A DNA stretch of 63,493 bases, counting the filler, from Octopus bimaculoides (lineage: Eukaryota), in the NCBI RefSeq assembly GCF_001194135.2. It is 4 parts of 4 records of this genome, joined end to end, with 100 filler letters (N's around TTAATTAATTAA, not from the genome) between each part and the next. Parts side by side here need not be neighbours in the genome. Positions count along the whole stretch, not along the records: positions 30,277 to 56,126 come from NC_068987.1; positions 56,227 to 63,493 come from NC_068983.1; 2 more parts are not named here. One strand, 5' to 3'. Position numbers and translations under genes: made by a program. Each line of letters opens with the position of its first letter. Positions within the stretch are counted from its first letter, which is position 1. The notes under the pieces were generated by a model. That model was given only the letters and a program-made list of their open reading frames with translations, had not been told where the DNA came from and searched no databases. This document shows positions 48,619 through 61,830 of this stretch, piece after piece.

Positions 48619-49304
48619 NNNNNNNNNNNNNNNNNNNNNNNNNNNNNNNNNNNNNNNNNNNNNNNNNNNNNNNNNNNNNNNNNNNNNNNNNNNNNNNNNN
48701 NNNNNNNNNNNNNNNNNNNNNNNNNNNNNNNNNNNNNNNNNNNNNNNNNNNNNNNNNNNNNNNNNNNNNNNNNNNNNNNNNNNNNNNNNNNNNNNNNNNN
48801 NNNNNNNNNNNNNNNNNNNNNNNNNNNNNNNNNNNNNNNNNNNNNNNNNNNNNNNNNNNNNNNNNNNNNNNNNNNNNNNNNNNNNNNNNNNNNNNNNNNN
48901 NNNNNNNNNNNNNNNNNNNNNNNNNNNNNNNNNNNNNNNNNNNNNNNNNNNNNNNNNNNNNNNNNNNNNNNNNNNNNNNNNNNNNNNNNNNNNNNNNNNN
49001 NNNNNNNNNNNNNNNNNNNNNNNNNNNNNNNNNNNNNNNNNNNNNNNNNNNNNNNNNNNNNNNNNNNNNNNNNNNNNNNNNNNNNNNNNNNNNNNNNNNN
49101 NNNNNNNNNNNNNNNNNNNNNNNNNNNNNNNNNNNNNNNNNNNNNNNNNNNNNNNNNNNNNNNNNNNNNNNNNNNNNNNNNNNNNNNNNNNNNNNNNNNN
49201 NNNNNNNNNNNNNNNNNNNNNNNNNNNNNNNNNNNNNNNNNNNNNNNNNNNNNNNNNATATATATACGTAGAAATTGTTTTTTTATTTTGACAAGGGATT
49301 GTTA

Positions 49305-49710
49305 GTGCAGGTATGGTAGAAAGTTTCCCACAACACAGCTACGTGGTTCCGGGGCCAACCCCACTCTGTACTACCTTCGGCTAGTGTCTTCTGGTATAGC
49401 CTCAGGTTGAGCAAAGCCTTGTGAATGGATTTGATAGAAGGAGACTGAAAGAAAGCCGTCGTATGTCGTATATATGTTTGTAAGTGTTTGTGTTTGTGTG
49501 TGTGTGTGTCTTTGCGCATATGTTTGTTCCCCACCACCGCTTGACAACCGGTGTTGATGATTTCGAGTCCTCATCAGCTAGTGGTTCTGGAAAAGAGATC
49601 GATACAAGTAAAAATTAAAAATAAGCACTGGGGGTTGTCAAGTGCAACTAAATGTCTTCAAGGTGGTGTCCCAGCATGGCCGCAGTCTAATGAGTGAAAC
49701 AAAGTAAAAA
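49305..49710 (+). mobile_element. SINE family A, diverged full-length copy
   Basis: Contains caaagccttgtgaatggattt, ccaccaccgcttgacaaccg, and cccagcatggccgcagtc. Confidence 0.85.
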
Positions 49711-49725
49711 TATATATAAATATAC

Positions 49726-49760
<35 letters not shown>

Positions 49761-50344
49761 GAGAGAGAGAAAGAGAGAGAGGGAGAGAGATAGAGAGAGA
49801 GAGAGAGTCAGAGAGAGAGATATAGGTAGAGGAGATTGTTTGTACCAAAGATTAATTCAAATAGTATTATTTCGAGCGGCGGCACAATCAGCAAAGTGCT
49901 TAATACCTTATAGATAAAAGATCCAGCTCTGTTATCAGCTGTGTCTTGGATACATGTAAGGAAATCCGCTAACAATCCAATATCTTAAGATATCTTTGCA
50001 TAGACTATTGATTATATGTTCTTCCACCCTTCTTCTTATAAGTATCAAAAGCCCTGTAAGCTCGTGGTTGCTGTCCATTCTTCTCTGACAAATTCACAGA
50101 AATGAATTTTATGACTTACGATTTAGGAATGTTGTTGCTAAAATGTCCGAAAAGTTAAATGTTTTATTTTGTGTCTTACAATATAATGGTACATAATAAA
50201 ATGAAATAATTTTCGGACGCAGTTTATCTCATCCTTCCAATATCAATAAATAAATACTAGCAATATATTGACGAATGTCCAATAGAATAAACCCGCCTCT
50301 CTGCAAGTGTGTATATCAATTAATATTTTTCCGTTTAAAACAAT

Positions 50345-50480
50345 GCCGAGCTGGCAGTATCGTTAGCACGCCGAGTAAATATGCTAGCAGTAGTTCGTCC
50401 GTCTTTCTGTTCTCAGTTCAGAGTCCACCGAGGTCAACTTTGACTTTCATAAGTACCCGTGGAACGCTGGGGTAGATGTG
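50345..50480 (+). mobile_element. SINE family B, partial
   Basis: gccgagctggcagtatcgttagcacgccg...ccgaggtcaactttg. Confidence 0.75.
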
Positions 50481-51172
50481 TAGCAGGTCAGCAATGTATA
50501 GCAGCAGAAGTCGTCATGATACAGTTGATAACGTATCATAAAGATGCCTCGGGAGTTCACTAGAAATTATGACGGCTACCATCTGCGGCGAATTAAATGA
50601 TTGAATCAATGGGATTTTCGCGAGTAAAGTGTTACACGCATCAAGGGATAAAACTGAGTTGAAAAATACCATGTAGGTACACGCTGCATTGCAGTCTGAT
50701 GATAAATTTCCGATTCAAAGAATGAATGACAGATTCAGTGTTTATGGCAGTAAATTATCTAGAAAGCTCTCTTCTGAGAAATGAACAAAGACTTTGATAT
50801 CGTGGACAACATCAATAGTTTCACTGAGTTTCTCAAAGACAAAAGACAACTGGTTCTTGACACGAAACATCTCTGCTTTATACTACAGAAAAAAGATTTG
50901 ATTATATATTACAAATGGTTTAATATAAAATTTCTGAACTGACTACAGAAAATAAAGACAGGTAAAGTACTTGAATATATGGTTGCTTTACTCTCAAGTG
51001 TGGCAGTACTAGTGTAATTGAGAATTGAAATAAGATTTCAGAGGTTAACGTTCTGACATACAAAAGCATTTGATTTTGATTTCTAATACATACGCAATAT
51101 TTCCGCGGGAGAGAGAGAGCAGCGGGGATAGATAGATAGATAGGGAGAGAGGGAGGGAGAGAGGGAGGGAGG

Positions 51173-51249
<77 letters not shown>

Positions 51250-53939
51250 ATTGTGGGTGCCTGAAATAAATGGAGAACTGAGTATTTATTTCCTCAGTAC
51301 AGAAATGACGTCTTACGTGCAGCACTCTCACGCCACTGAAATTTAATGTTACTTATCTAATTAACACGTGTGATAAGGGAAAATTCGAACACTGAACCTT
51401 GATGTATTGAACTAGTCACATTATATTCATTCGTTTGACATCGTTAGTTCAGTACAAATAATTATCTCAATACAAGAATAAACCGAATGGAAAGGAGATA
51501 TAGGGGCTATTATATGGCTAAATAACTAAAACCTTTCTGAAGCCGAGGGAGTGACCATGTTAAATTGCATGCTGATTTAGCAACGGCTATAAAATGATTC
51601 CCAACAGGGAAATGAAACCGACTCTTGTACATGACTTTGCAAAAAATATGTCTTGTGTATTGAAATGACATTTTGTTACATAAACAAGTCAGCCTATATT
51701 TTATTGAGAAGTAAAAACAAGATGTAATCACGTTCATATTTCTCATATATTAAGATCGATCTTGGAATTGTATACAGAGTTAAACGAGAAACGAAATTAG
51801 GTGTTGGACACATCTCACTGGTATGGAGGATTTCTTAAAGAAGGTCATTGCATTATATTTATTCTCGGGAGAAAGGTAAACGCGAACTTAGATGATTTTC
51901 ATTTCTTTCACGAATGTAATAACGTGTTTAGTAATCTGAAATAACTTCACTGGGAAGCGAAACTTGGTTTTTGATATTTCCTCACGAACATTCCATCTGC
52001 ACTTATATAATATAATGTTATTTGATATAAAATGTCTTGTTAAAAGCTAAGCGAGCGGAGAGCTAAGCTACTTTACGGGAAAGTGTGTGTTGGTATGTAG
52101 ATGGAGAGAGGTATTGTTTAATATCGTCTACACTATTTGTTTATTTATTTATAATTGATTCAATCAATTTCACAGATAAAGTTAATTTCCACCGACTGTG
52201 TCCTAGATAACACAATTAATTCCTTCATTTTGACAAGTAGCCAATACGTTGCTGACTTAAATGTAACTACCAGCCAATTACTAGTGCAGGAACAAACTGA
52301 ATGCTGGACTAACAGCAATATATAATAAGTAAATAAATAAGTAAATGAATAACTTGCACCCCACCACCCCACACGTATATTCAAAAATTCATTGGTCAAA
52401 AGGTGCCATTTTCTAGCACATTTTCAATTAAGCAGATACAGCAGTGAGATGTTATGTTAACAAGACTGTTCTCTGTTTAGGAAAAAAAAAAAAAAAAAGA
52501 TCGAAAATAAAAATATAAAGTTAAACTCGAAACTTTGATTTCTTTGTAATGATAAAGAGATGTAAATATCAAAAACCTCAACCATAAAAAAATAAAAATA
52601 ATAATAGATAAAATAATAATAATGATGAAATAAAAAATCACTAATTACTTCCAGTTTCTTAGATATCAATAGATAGATAACACATTAAAAAATCCACCTC
52701 TTGAAATCTGTTGGCGTTGCGTGTGTTCTGTTGGCACCGGTTAGGCTAATAGATTAACTGAACAAAGACTGATAGGAAAGTCTTGAAATACACAATGATA
52801 TGTAACAGAAGGTTAGGTTCAGACTTCTGATAAGCATTCTACTACTCTTCTAGTAAGGGAAAAAGAAAATTCGATATTGCTTTTAATTTAACACATTCGT
52901 GACAGTTGTATTTTACAGCGGCCAATGTTTCTCCCATTTATTAAATATAACAACGATGCGTAGACGCGGGAGCCTCTATGCGGTTGTCGGACGGATTTTC
53001 TTTATCGCTTTAACGGGAGTGAAGAACAGTGCACATTAATCGTTTCGAGGCCTCCCAAACTGGTTGAGGGAGAGAGAAATATATCTTCAAACATGAGGAC
53101 TGACCCAAATACTTGGAACAAAGAAGACTTCGCTAAGTCATCGAAAAACCACGGTGTTCGTAAAAGGGTGGTAGATGATGCTTACTTTCCATGCAGTAAA
53201 TGGCTTGATTTGAACTTTGAACACACAGAGTAAGAATAAATACGACAAGTTAAATCCACCTCGACTTCCAAATTTAATGTCAATAAATAAATAAACACGA
53301 TTATATAGATGTAAATGCGCAATGTCCGACTTAGAAAAATAGGGGCGAAGATTATTGATCGGAGCCCTGAGTAATCTGTATTGACCAGGTGCACAACAAC
53401 ATACGACATCTCAGAATGATTTTAATGTATATGTTTGGCTGAAATTCTGAATTAAAATCGTGCTATGAAGCAAATATTGTGATATATTACAAGAACGAAA
53501 TTTCTTGGCAGAGATCAGAAGACAGGTCACACACGTGTAACGATAGATTTACATATTCACAACAAAATACTGAAAAACATGAAAAGTGAATAATAGCAAT
53601 CAGTGCTTTTGTTTAATTACTGGCTAAGATGACTCTTCCAAATACAATGACACTTAAGTGCAAACTCTTTAGAAAATAACGTGTTAAATCAATCAATGCT
53701 AGGATACTGCCTATAACTCTAACTTACAAAGGAAGCCATGTTATTGAGAATAACGAACTGCAAGTTTTCACAGCTCTCTTTTCGTATATACATATNNNNN
53801 NNNNNNNNNNNTATATATATATCCGTGTATATGTACGCACACACATACGTTTGAGTATATGTACAAGTGTGAGCTTAGAAAATTGAACTATTTCATTACT
53901 AGCAGAAAACGCCTGGAGGGTGTATTTCTGCTACTAACA

Positions 53940-54152
53940 ATAATTCTTTCCGCTATAGGAATAAGAGCCTGAAAATGTTGGTAGCAGGCAGACTAGTCAA
54001 TTACATCGACCTCAGTGCGCAACTGGTACTTATTTTATCGACACAGAAAGGCAAAGTCAACTCTGCAGAATTCGAACTCAGAACGTAAAAATCGGAAGGA
54101 ATATCACGAAGCATTTCCCCCGGCATGTTTAAGATCCTACCAGCTCGCTGCC
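53940..54152 (-). mobile_element. SINE family B, diverged
   Basis: Reverse complement begins ggcagcgagctggtaggatc; contains ctgagttcgaattc and gtcgatgtaattgactagtc. Confidence 0.8.
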
Positions 54153-54949
54153 TTTGTAACAGTACCAGTTTTTAATGATTACAACCGAATAGAGTGTAAC
54201 GCACATTCTAGCTCACGGAGTGAGAAACAATTATAAGACTTTTAAAGATTTCTTGTGGTTGCCATCCTATAAAATCTGTATGTGTCTCTAAAATCACATG
54301 GTCAATGTTTCGCTAGCTGGCATGGGGTAGTTCATAGGCTGCAATTTCCAGAAAAAATTAACTGTGTACATCACTCTTACAAAACTGTTCCCTGAAGTAT
54401 TTTCTTAAATAACATTGCATACCAAATGTACTTCAACAAAACAAATCTTGAAGAACATGCTAAAAGAATGGAATTACATATAAGTCTTTCCTACACAAGT
54501 TCATACGTTACAGCAAATGACTTGTGGTGGACATTGAACTGAAAGTTCTTACATTCGAATGTAATGACGAAATTCAGTAGGGAAAGCGAAGTTCTCTACA
54601 AAGAGGAAGGAGATAAAAACATTTAAATATATTTCTTTTCAAAACTATTCAGAATAAGCCAAACTCAATCCGTCATCATTGTGACGCGACTCTATAGACA
54701 GGTTACCTTCCTTTATTTCAACAAAACTGTTCCATATAATAACGATATGATATGAAACATTGTCACTTTGAAAATTCTCACCAAAAGAAAAGAAATGGGA
54801 TTCACATTTCAGTATACATTCTCTATATTTACTAAATACATCCAACACTATTTCAGACATATTCACACGCGAATATCTAGCGAACGAGTGAGTTTCTATA
54901 TGGTTGTTCAGATTACTAGAGGACCAAATGCATTTTGTTTACGTCGAGG

Positions 54950-55400
54950 AAAGCCTGCGCTTTCGACCACATGTCCTTAACGACCGTTGTGATTTAGATG
55001 ACAACTGTAACAAAAAGGTGAGTAGGGTTGGAATTCCAGCGGGTTTACATGCGAAGGGATAACGCATGAAGTAGCTAAGGAAGAGTTCGGTGCTGAAATG
55101 AGGACGGACGTGTGTCTTGCATGGTTTGAAACTGTTTAACTAGGAATATCGGATGCTGCTGTAGTATCGATAAAATAACTAGAGTTACGAGGTAATGATT
55201 CCAAAGGTTTGAGTTTGTATGGGTGTGACAACATAATGATCAATTGGATTGAGTTGTACTGGATGAAGTCTAGAACATTCATGTGTTGCATTAAGCTCGA
55301 ACATTCCGTATTACTGCTGCACACAGGGGAGAACATCATGGAATTAATTACGAGGACGACGAAAGTATGGTGATTCTGGACTCCATGTCGCTGTTGAAAG
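54950..55400 (-). mobile_element. Decayed Jockey/CR1-group LINE ORF2 C-terminal fragment
   Basis: Remnants LDFIQYNSIQLI, PLESL.RN, LFYRYY, RWNS.P correspond to LDRVQRRAIRLI...LFYRYY...LWNSLP. Confidence 0.55.
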
Positions 55401-55882
55401 GATTTCTGTGTTAGACAGCCGGTTTTCATTCAGTGTTGGACGAATCCTCTGAAACTATTCTGCTTTTTGTCAAGAAGCTTAATTCTCTTTGTTGACAAAC
55501 AATGGATTCGACAAAGCACACCGCGGTCAGGCGACGTGTTTGGTTCATATGTATCTAGAATAAACTTAAAGTTAGAACGCAAAGTTCGCGAGTACAAACT
55601 GCATTGTGACACATTTGGTTCTATAGCAATTTCCCAAAGTATTTATTTATCGATCCCAATAACTGAAATTCTATGGTGACCTCGGATGGATAAGAACTCA
55701 CAGAGAAGAGAAACAAAACGACATTATGCGTTCTGGCAGACGTGGTGTGACCATGCTAATTCGCTTTACTCACACACCACACACACACACACACACAAGC
55801 GCATACACACGCACACACACACACACACATACACACACACATTTATATGCATGTATATTACGAACGCATACATATACACATA

Positions 55883-56097
55883 CAGGTTGGCCCAAAAGTA
55901 GGTTTACAGTTATCACGTAGACACTTTAAATTTCTTTTAAAACATTTTATTACATTTAAATTTCTCTCTTACAAAAAAAACTAAATTAGTATAGAATAAT
56001 GGTTTCATATTGTTTTTATAATTAAGATCTAAACTGTTAATATATGAATGTGAAAGAGATCTTTGAATAACTGTAAACCTACTTTTGGGCCACCCTG
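55883..56097. mobile_element. Tc1/mariner-type MITE (second copy, inverted relative to 41114-41344)
   Basis: TA-caggttggcccaaaagtaggtttacagttat ... ataactgtaaacctacttttgggccaccctg-TA. Confidence 0.9.
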
Positions 56098-56254
56098 TAT
56101 ATATGTATATAAATAAATAAATATATNNNNNNNNNNNNNNNNNNNNNNNNNNNNNNNNNNNNNNNNNNNNTTAATTAATTAANNNNNNNNNNNNNNNNNN
56201 NNNNNNNNNNNNNNNNNNNNNNNNNNCACTTACTGTTATAGTTTCTTCAATGAG

Positions 56255-56562
56255 AATATTGACCAAGGTTACCGTGGTCTTTTCCGTAGGCTTTTCCTTC
56301 CACGGCTAAACCTAAACTGTCCTCCCCTCTTTTTACACGAGAACATTACTGTGTGATACACGATCCCTATTGATCGGCCTTTCCTTTTCTTTTTTTTCGA
56401 TCCCTTTTGATCGAACTCCCCCTTTTTCCCTTCCTACGATCCCTTTTGATCGACACCACCAATTTTTTTTTTCCTTCCTTCCCCCTCCCAAAAAGAAAAG
56501 CTCTACATTGTATTTGTCCCATCTTCGTTGAGCCCTGTGTGGCTAATAAAAGAAATGTATCT
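56255..56562 (+). mobile_element. Probable LINE 3' UTR whose tail resembles the tail of a SINE B subfamily
   Basis: Ends tttgtccc...agccctgtgtggctaataaagaaa, similar to ttgtcccc...agccccctgtgggcaataaagaaa at 59055-59095. Confidence 0.45.
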
Positions 56563-56670
56563 ATCTATCTATCAAATAGGGGCGTATTCAAATTTCCAGT
56601 TACACTTCGATTAGATCTTTAATGCCCAAGACCAGGCAATGAATGAACGCCACAATATCACAACACTTAC

Positions 56671-56899
56671 CAAATGCCGATGATAAACATATGGTCATGG
56701 ATATTCCGGAGTTATCACTTTTATGTTTTGAAAATAAGAATTCCACTTGGTTGGGGAAAAAAATAATCGAACCCGCATCGCTTAGATGCACTTTGCTAGA
56801 ATATCTCATGCAATACAATGTTGAACACACAATATAATGTATGATGTTGACATAGGATGACTGACTATGCATGCTGTCTACTGAACTCTGATCTAAGAT
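56671..56899 (-). CDS. Exon A of an intron-rich minus-strand gene (putative secreted/cell-surface protein); probable first coding exon, ATG at 56872
   Basis: Acceptor cttccttacag|ATC and donor TTTG|gtaagt. The 229 bp exon is open: ILDQSSVDS-MHSQSSYVNIIHYIVCSTLYCMRYSSKVHLSDAGSIIFFPNQVEFLFSKHKSDNSGISMTICLSSAF-g. It ends in phase 1, matching exon B. Confidence 0.65.
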
Positions 56900-56922
56900 C
56901 TGTAAGGAAGCATAACGTAGTA

Positions 56923-56955
<33 letters not shown>

Positions 56956-57246
56956 CAACATACATGTACATTCTACATGCATTTCCGCGTGTATGTATGC
57001 GCATATATATATGCATGTATGTATGTATGCATGTATGTATATGCATGTATGTATGCATGCGTGTATGTACATGCATGTATGTATGCATGTATGTATGTTT
57101 GTATGGATGTATGTATGCATGCATACATGTGTGTGTGTATGTATGTATTTATATATATGTGTTACTATTGTGCAGTTGGAGAAATTGCTATTGTATCGTG
57201 GTAATATGATAGATTTCCTGTAAGATGGTTGAACTGATTGTAATGA

Positions 57247-57292
<46 letters not shown>

Positions 57293-57564
57293 NNNNNNNN
57301 NNNNNNNNNNNNNNNNNNNNNNNNNNNNNNNNNNNNNNNNNNNNNNNNNNNNNNNNNNNNNNNNNNNNNNNNNNNNNNNNNNNNNNNNNNNNNNNNNNNN
57401 NNNNNNNNNNNNNNNNNNNNNNNNNNNNNNNNNNNNNNNNNNNNNNNNNNNNNNNNNNNNNNNNNNNNNNNNNNNNNNNNNNNNNNNNNNNNNNNNNNNN
57501 NNNNNNNNNNNNNNNNNNNNNNNNNNNNNNNNNNNNNNNNNNNNNNNNNNNNNNNNNNNNNNNN

Positions 57565-57598
<34 letters not shown>

Positions 57599-58227
57599 GT
57601 ATATGTATATATGTATATATATAGTATATATATACATATAGTATGTATATGTATATATATATGGTATGTAGGTATCCATCTCTCTCCCTCTCTTTGTCTA
57701 TATATATGCATATATATGTATGTATATAAGCACACACATATCCTCTTTATACAATACAATTTTACAGTTCCCCCTAGTGTTAATGCTGCTGTTATGTAAT
57801 AGATTCCTTCTTACTTTTCTTTTCTTCTATCATTTATTTATTTATTTCGATTCTCGAATCTTTTCATAAACGGTAGATAATCCGAAGTGAGTTGCTTTAT
57901 CATGAACAAGTCTGAAAATGAAAGCTTGATCAACAAACACGCTGCTATGTTAGAATCCATTTCCCATGGACATTTCAAGACGTACATTAGATAACAATAG
58001 ATGAATCGTTTTCAGTTTCCTACAATTTTTTTTCGTCATTCCTATCGGAATCGGTAAGACTTTGCAACTACTGTATAATGAGTTAACCAAGAATGTGTTT
58101 ATACCCATGGCAGAGTGCCAAATATGCTGCGAAACCAAGGAATTGGCGTTCAAACTCATACATCATTATCTGAATAGTTATTCATAAAAAGTATCTGTCT
58201 ACTGATTTAGTTGTATAGTGGTCATAG

Positions 58228-58405
<178 letters not shown>

Positions 58406-58844
58406 AATCTTACATATGCTCAAGTTCTCAAACTTTGATTGAATGCTCTACAGAACACGATTAGTACTTTATTAGGGGGTAACTGGAGCTCCCATCACAA
58501 ATAATATCTATATATTAACAAGCCTACCTACCTACCTACCTACCTACCTATCTACCTACCAACTAACCTACCTATTTATTTTCGTATAAGAAACAATGAA
58601 TATTGCATTCACTGACATTATGGCTAGCTATCTCGCACACTGAGGTTCTTTGATTATCTCTAGAGGTCTTCCTGTATTGGGAAGGCCACATCTCTATCAT
58701 CCTTCTCGCCACTTTTTTTTAAAAACTTTGTATGCTATGCATATTTCCCTTCTTTTTCAGTGTATACCGTGTATACTTTCTTTCTTTCCTTCCTTCTTTC
58801 TTTCTTTATTTTTTAACATTTCATTATATCTAAACCCCAACACT

Positions 58845-59097
58845 TTATGTCTGTCTTTGTATTGTCCCGCTCATCCTTCGCCCTTGTTGCAAATAAATGA
58901 AAGTGCTTAGCGGTATTTCGTCTGCCGTTACGTTCTGAGTTCAAATTCCGCCGAGATCGGCTTTGCCTGTCATCATTTCGGGGTCGATTAAATATGTACC
59001 AGTTACGCACTGGGGTCGATGTTATCAGCTTAATCCCTTTGTCTGTCCTTGATTGTCCCCTCTATCTTTAGCCCCCTGTGGGCAATAAAGAAATAAA

Positions 59098-59158
<61 letters not shown>

Positions 59159-59412
59159 GGCGGCGAGCTGGCAGAATCGTTAGCACACCGGGCAGACTGC
59201 TTAGCGGTATTTCGCCCTTGTGACAAATAAATGAAAGTGCTTAGCGGGATTTCGTCTGCCGTTACGTACTGAGTTCAAATTCCACTCAGGTCGACTTTTT
59301 CTTTCATCCTTTCGGAGTCGATAAATTAAGTACTAGTGAAACACTGGGGGTTGATGTAATTGACCAGTCCCCTGCAATCAAATTCCAGGCCTTGTGTCTG
59401 TAGTAGAAAGAA
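58845..59412 (+). mobile_element. Tandem SINE family B cluster (tail fragment, 5'-truncated copy 58904-59097, full copy 59158-59412)
   Basis: ggcggcgagctggcagaatcgttagc head and ctgagttcaaattcc B-box region in each copy; copies separated by (TTA)n. Confidence 0.85.
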
Positions 59413-59429
59413 TTACTATTATTAATATT

Positions 59430-59945
59430 ATCCTTATTGAGTGAGAGAGCAGTGCACACCATCAAAGTGACCCTAACCCTAAAATATACAAAGCTCAGTA
59501 TACCCATCATGATTACCCAGCTATCAAGGGCACACCAGGCACATGCACCATATCTGTGCGACATGGGGATCTCATATCAAGATAAACAGCACATGACCTT
59601 GCAGTTAGAATTTTCTTCAGCTAAAAAGGTCCATGAATAAGGTTTGTTTATGGATGATGAACGAAACACCCATGTTTCCAGACGCCAAAGAATTCCTCTC
59701 AACAAATGGCTATGATACTCCCCCACTATTCCTGCTCGTGATCAGAGATGTACATATCGTCAGCCACGAAGGGAACTGCTCAACTGGCTAAGATCAAGCA
59801 AATGACAATCAAACCTTTGCAACTGAGAAAAATATTTGTTGTAGTCCATCTTTTATACCAAGTCAAAACAATGTACATGATAACACTTCCAATCAGTTAA
59901 GATCAGAAGCCATGAGGGCCATTGCCTGGTACTGTATCAGGTTAC
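59430..59945. mobile_element. Unclassified interspersed repeat (SINE-like)
   Basis: About 500-bp non-coding segment bounded by microsatellite and SINE tails; identification as a repeat is inferred, with no second copy in the window. Confidence 0.35.
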
Positions 59946-59949
59946 TTTG

Positions 59950-59970
59950 CTGTTGTTGTTGTTGTTGTTG

Positions 59971-60066
<96 letters not shown>

Positions 60067-60790
60067 ACATGTACATACAACAGATTAAACTGTTGGAAAA
60101 GAAAAAGTCCTAACATCGGGCTACAACAAATAACACCAAGAGCCCTCCTAAGTATCCTGGCTGTCCCTAATAACACTGCTTTCTGGAGCTGTACTAAACT
60201 GCGTTTTATGCCTATTTCCTTTATTCATCTGTTCAAATCTTTAGGAATAGTTTCCAATGCACCTATAAGTACAGGGATACACTCTCCATAGTCTCTGCAA
60301 TTCAATGACTAGGTCCTCGTACTTTGCTATTTTTTATATACCTCACATATTGATTTTTACATCATTTGGGACTGTAAAGTTAATTATCTGGCACTTTCTA
60401 TTCTCTTTATCTATTTTTACTAAATCAGGTCGTCTAGCTTCTATTACTCTGTCAGTCTGAATGTTAAAGTCCCACAACATCTTATATTTCTTACCTTCTA
60501 GTACTTTACCTGCTTCATGTTCATACCATTTATCAGTGTGGTTAAATCCTAGCTTTCTACATAACTCCCAGCAGATTACTCTCCCTTGGTAGTCATGTCT
60601 TTTTCTTGTATTCTTCCTGTGCCAGCATGTTACATTCACTTACTATATGAGTAACGCTTTCCTCTTCTGATTTGCACATCAACCTACATTGGGAATCTAC
60701 TTGGTCTTTGTCTATCTTGGCTTTTATCCAATTAGTCCTTAATGCCTGCATTTCCATTCCACATAATACGATTTTAAACCTATCATCACT
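59950..60790 (-). mobile_element. Dong/R4-clade 3' fragment with (GAT)n(AAT)n tail
   Basis: EMQALRTNWIKAKIDKDQVDSQCRLMCKSEEESVTHIVSEC, KWYEHE, MLWDFNIQTDRVIEARRPDLVKIDKE, LLGTARILRRAL. Confidence 0.9.
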
Positions 60791-61195
60791 GATTAGAAAA
60801 AACCGTCAGTCGAAAGGACCACTGAAAAGAAACCAATTTCAAATGTGTATCTGCCAATGTAAATTGTATTTTATACGTACAAACTTTATTATGTTCCATT
60901 CTCAATCTAAACTGTCCGACGAACGGGAACGTGAATCTCTGCGTAGCAGTATTTTGTGATATTTTTGTGATGTTTTTTGCAGCTTTTTCCCACCCCACCT
61001 TATTTAGTAAGGAGTATATATATNNNNNNNNNNNNNNNNNNNNNNNNNNNNNNNNNNNNNNNNNNNNNNNNNNNNNNNNNNNNNNNNNNNNNNNNNNNNN
61101 NNNNTATATATATAGTCTGATAAGTACCAACGCACGAAACTCCCGGACCTTGAGTCACTCTTTTGCTTCTGTTAATCATTAATAAAAATAAAATT

Positions 61196-61244
<49 letters not shown>

Positions 61245-61559
61245 AACCAAAAATGGTTTCGAGGGATATGTAATCCTAGCGGTTACCGTGTTGTCTCTTT
61301 ATCGGTTCGGAATGCTGTCTAGCCACAGTGAATGTTGAAACTCAAGTTAGTTAAAATTTACTCTACTCGGTTAATCCTTACTTGGTAAAGCCAAATGCCC
61401 TTATAAGGGCTGCATAGTTTCCGTAGAGAAAATAATGCCATCAATAAAGATCATGAGAACTTGGATGTGCAAACCTCCGTTCTCTTGATCTTTATAAATT
61501 TCAATAATTATCCGAACTGTTGCAATAGTAACGAAGCTAAAGCACGCAGAGTAGAATTG

Positions 61560-61830
61560 CTTCGCACGGATTGACCTTGAACTCTGCTGTGCATGCGCAC
61601 TAAGAGAGCAGATGCACGGTCCACGGAACTTACTCTGGTAAGAGCGGTGTGGATAGTGGTGAGGAGATATCCACGTAGGATGAAGTGGCGAGCCATGAGT
61701 TGAGACTGAGTCTCAAGGTCATGGTTGTCACTGCAGAGCCTGCGTAGACGGAGGATTTGGGAATAGGGGATGGAGAGCTTGGTGTGTTTAGGGTGAGAGG
61801 AGGGGAAGTTGAGGTAAGAGTGTGAGTCTG
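61560..61830 (-). mobile_element. Penelope-like element fragment of a second family (RT C-terminal region)
   Basis: TDSHSYLNFPSSHPKHTKLSIPYSQILRLRRLCSDNHDLETQSQLMARHFILRGY, the typical PLE SSHP...IPYSQ.LRLRRIC motif. Confidence 0.88.

Noticed and set aside
50650-51010. Faint hAT/Charlie-like transposase traces (EQRL*YRGQ resembling EVRWLSRG)
   Set aside because: Too decayed to call from sequence alone.
59784-59798. tggctaagatcaag match to the U2 snRNA 5' region
   Set aside because: Only 14 nt match, the flanks do not continue U2, and it lies inside a repeat-like segment; probably chance.
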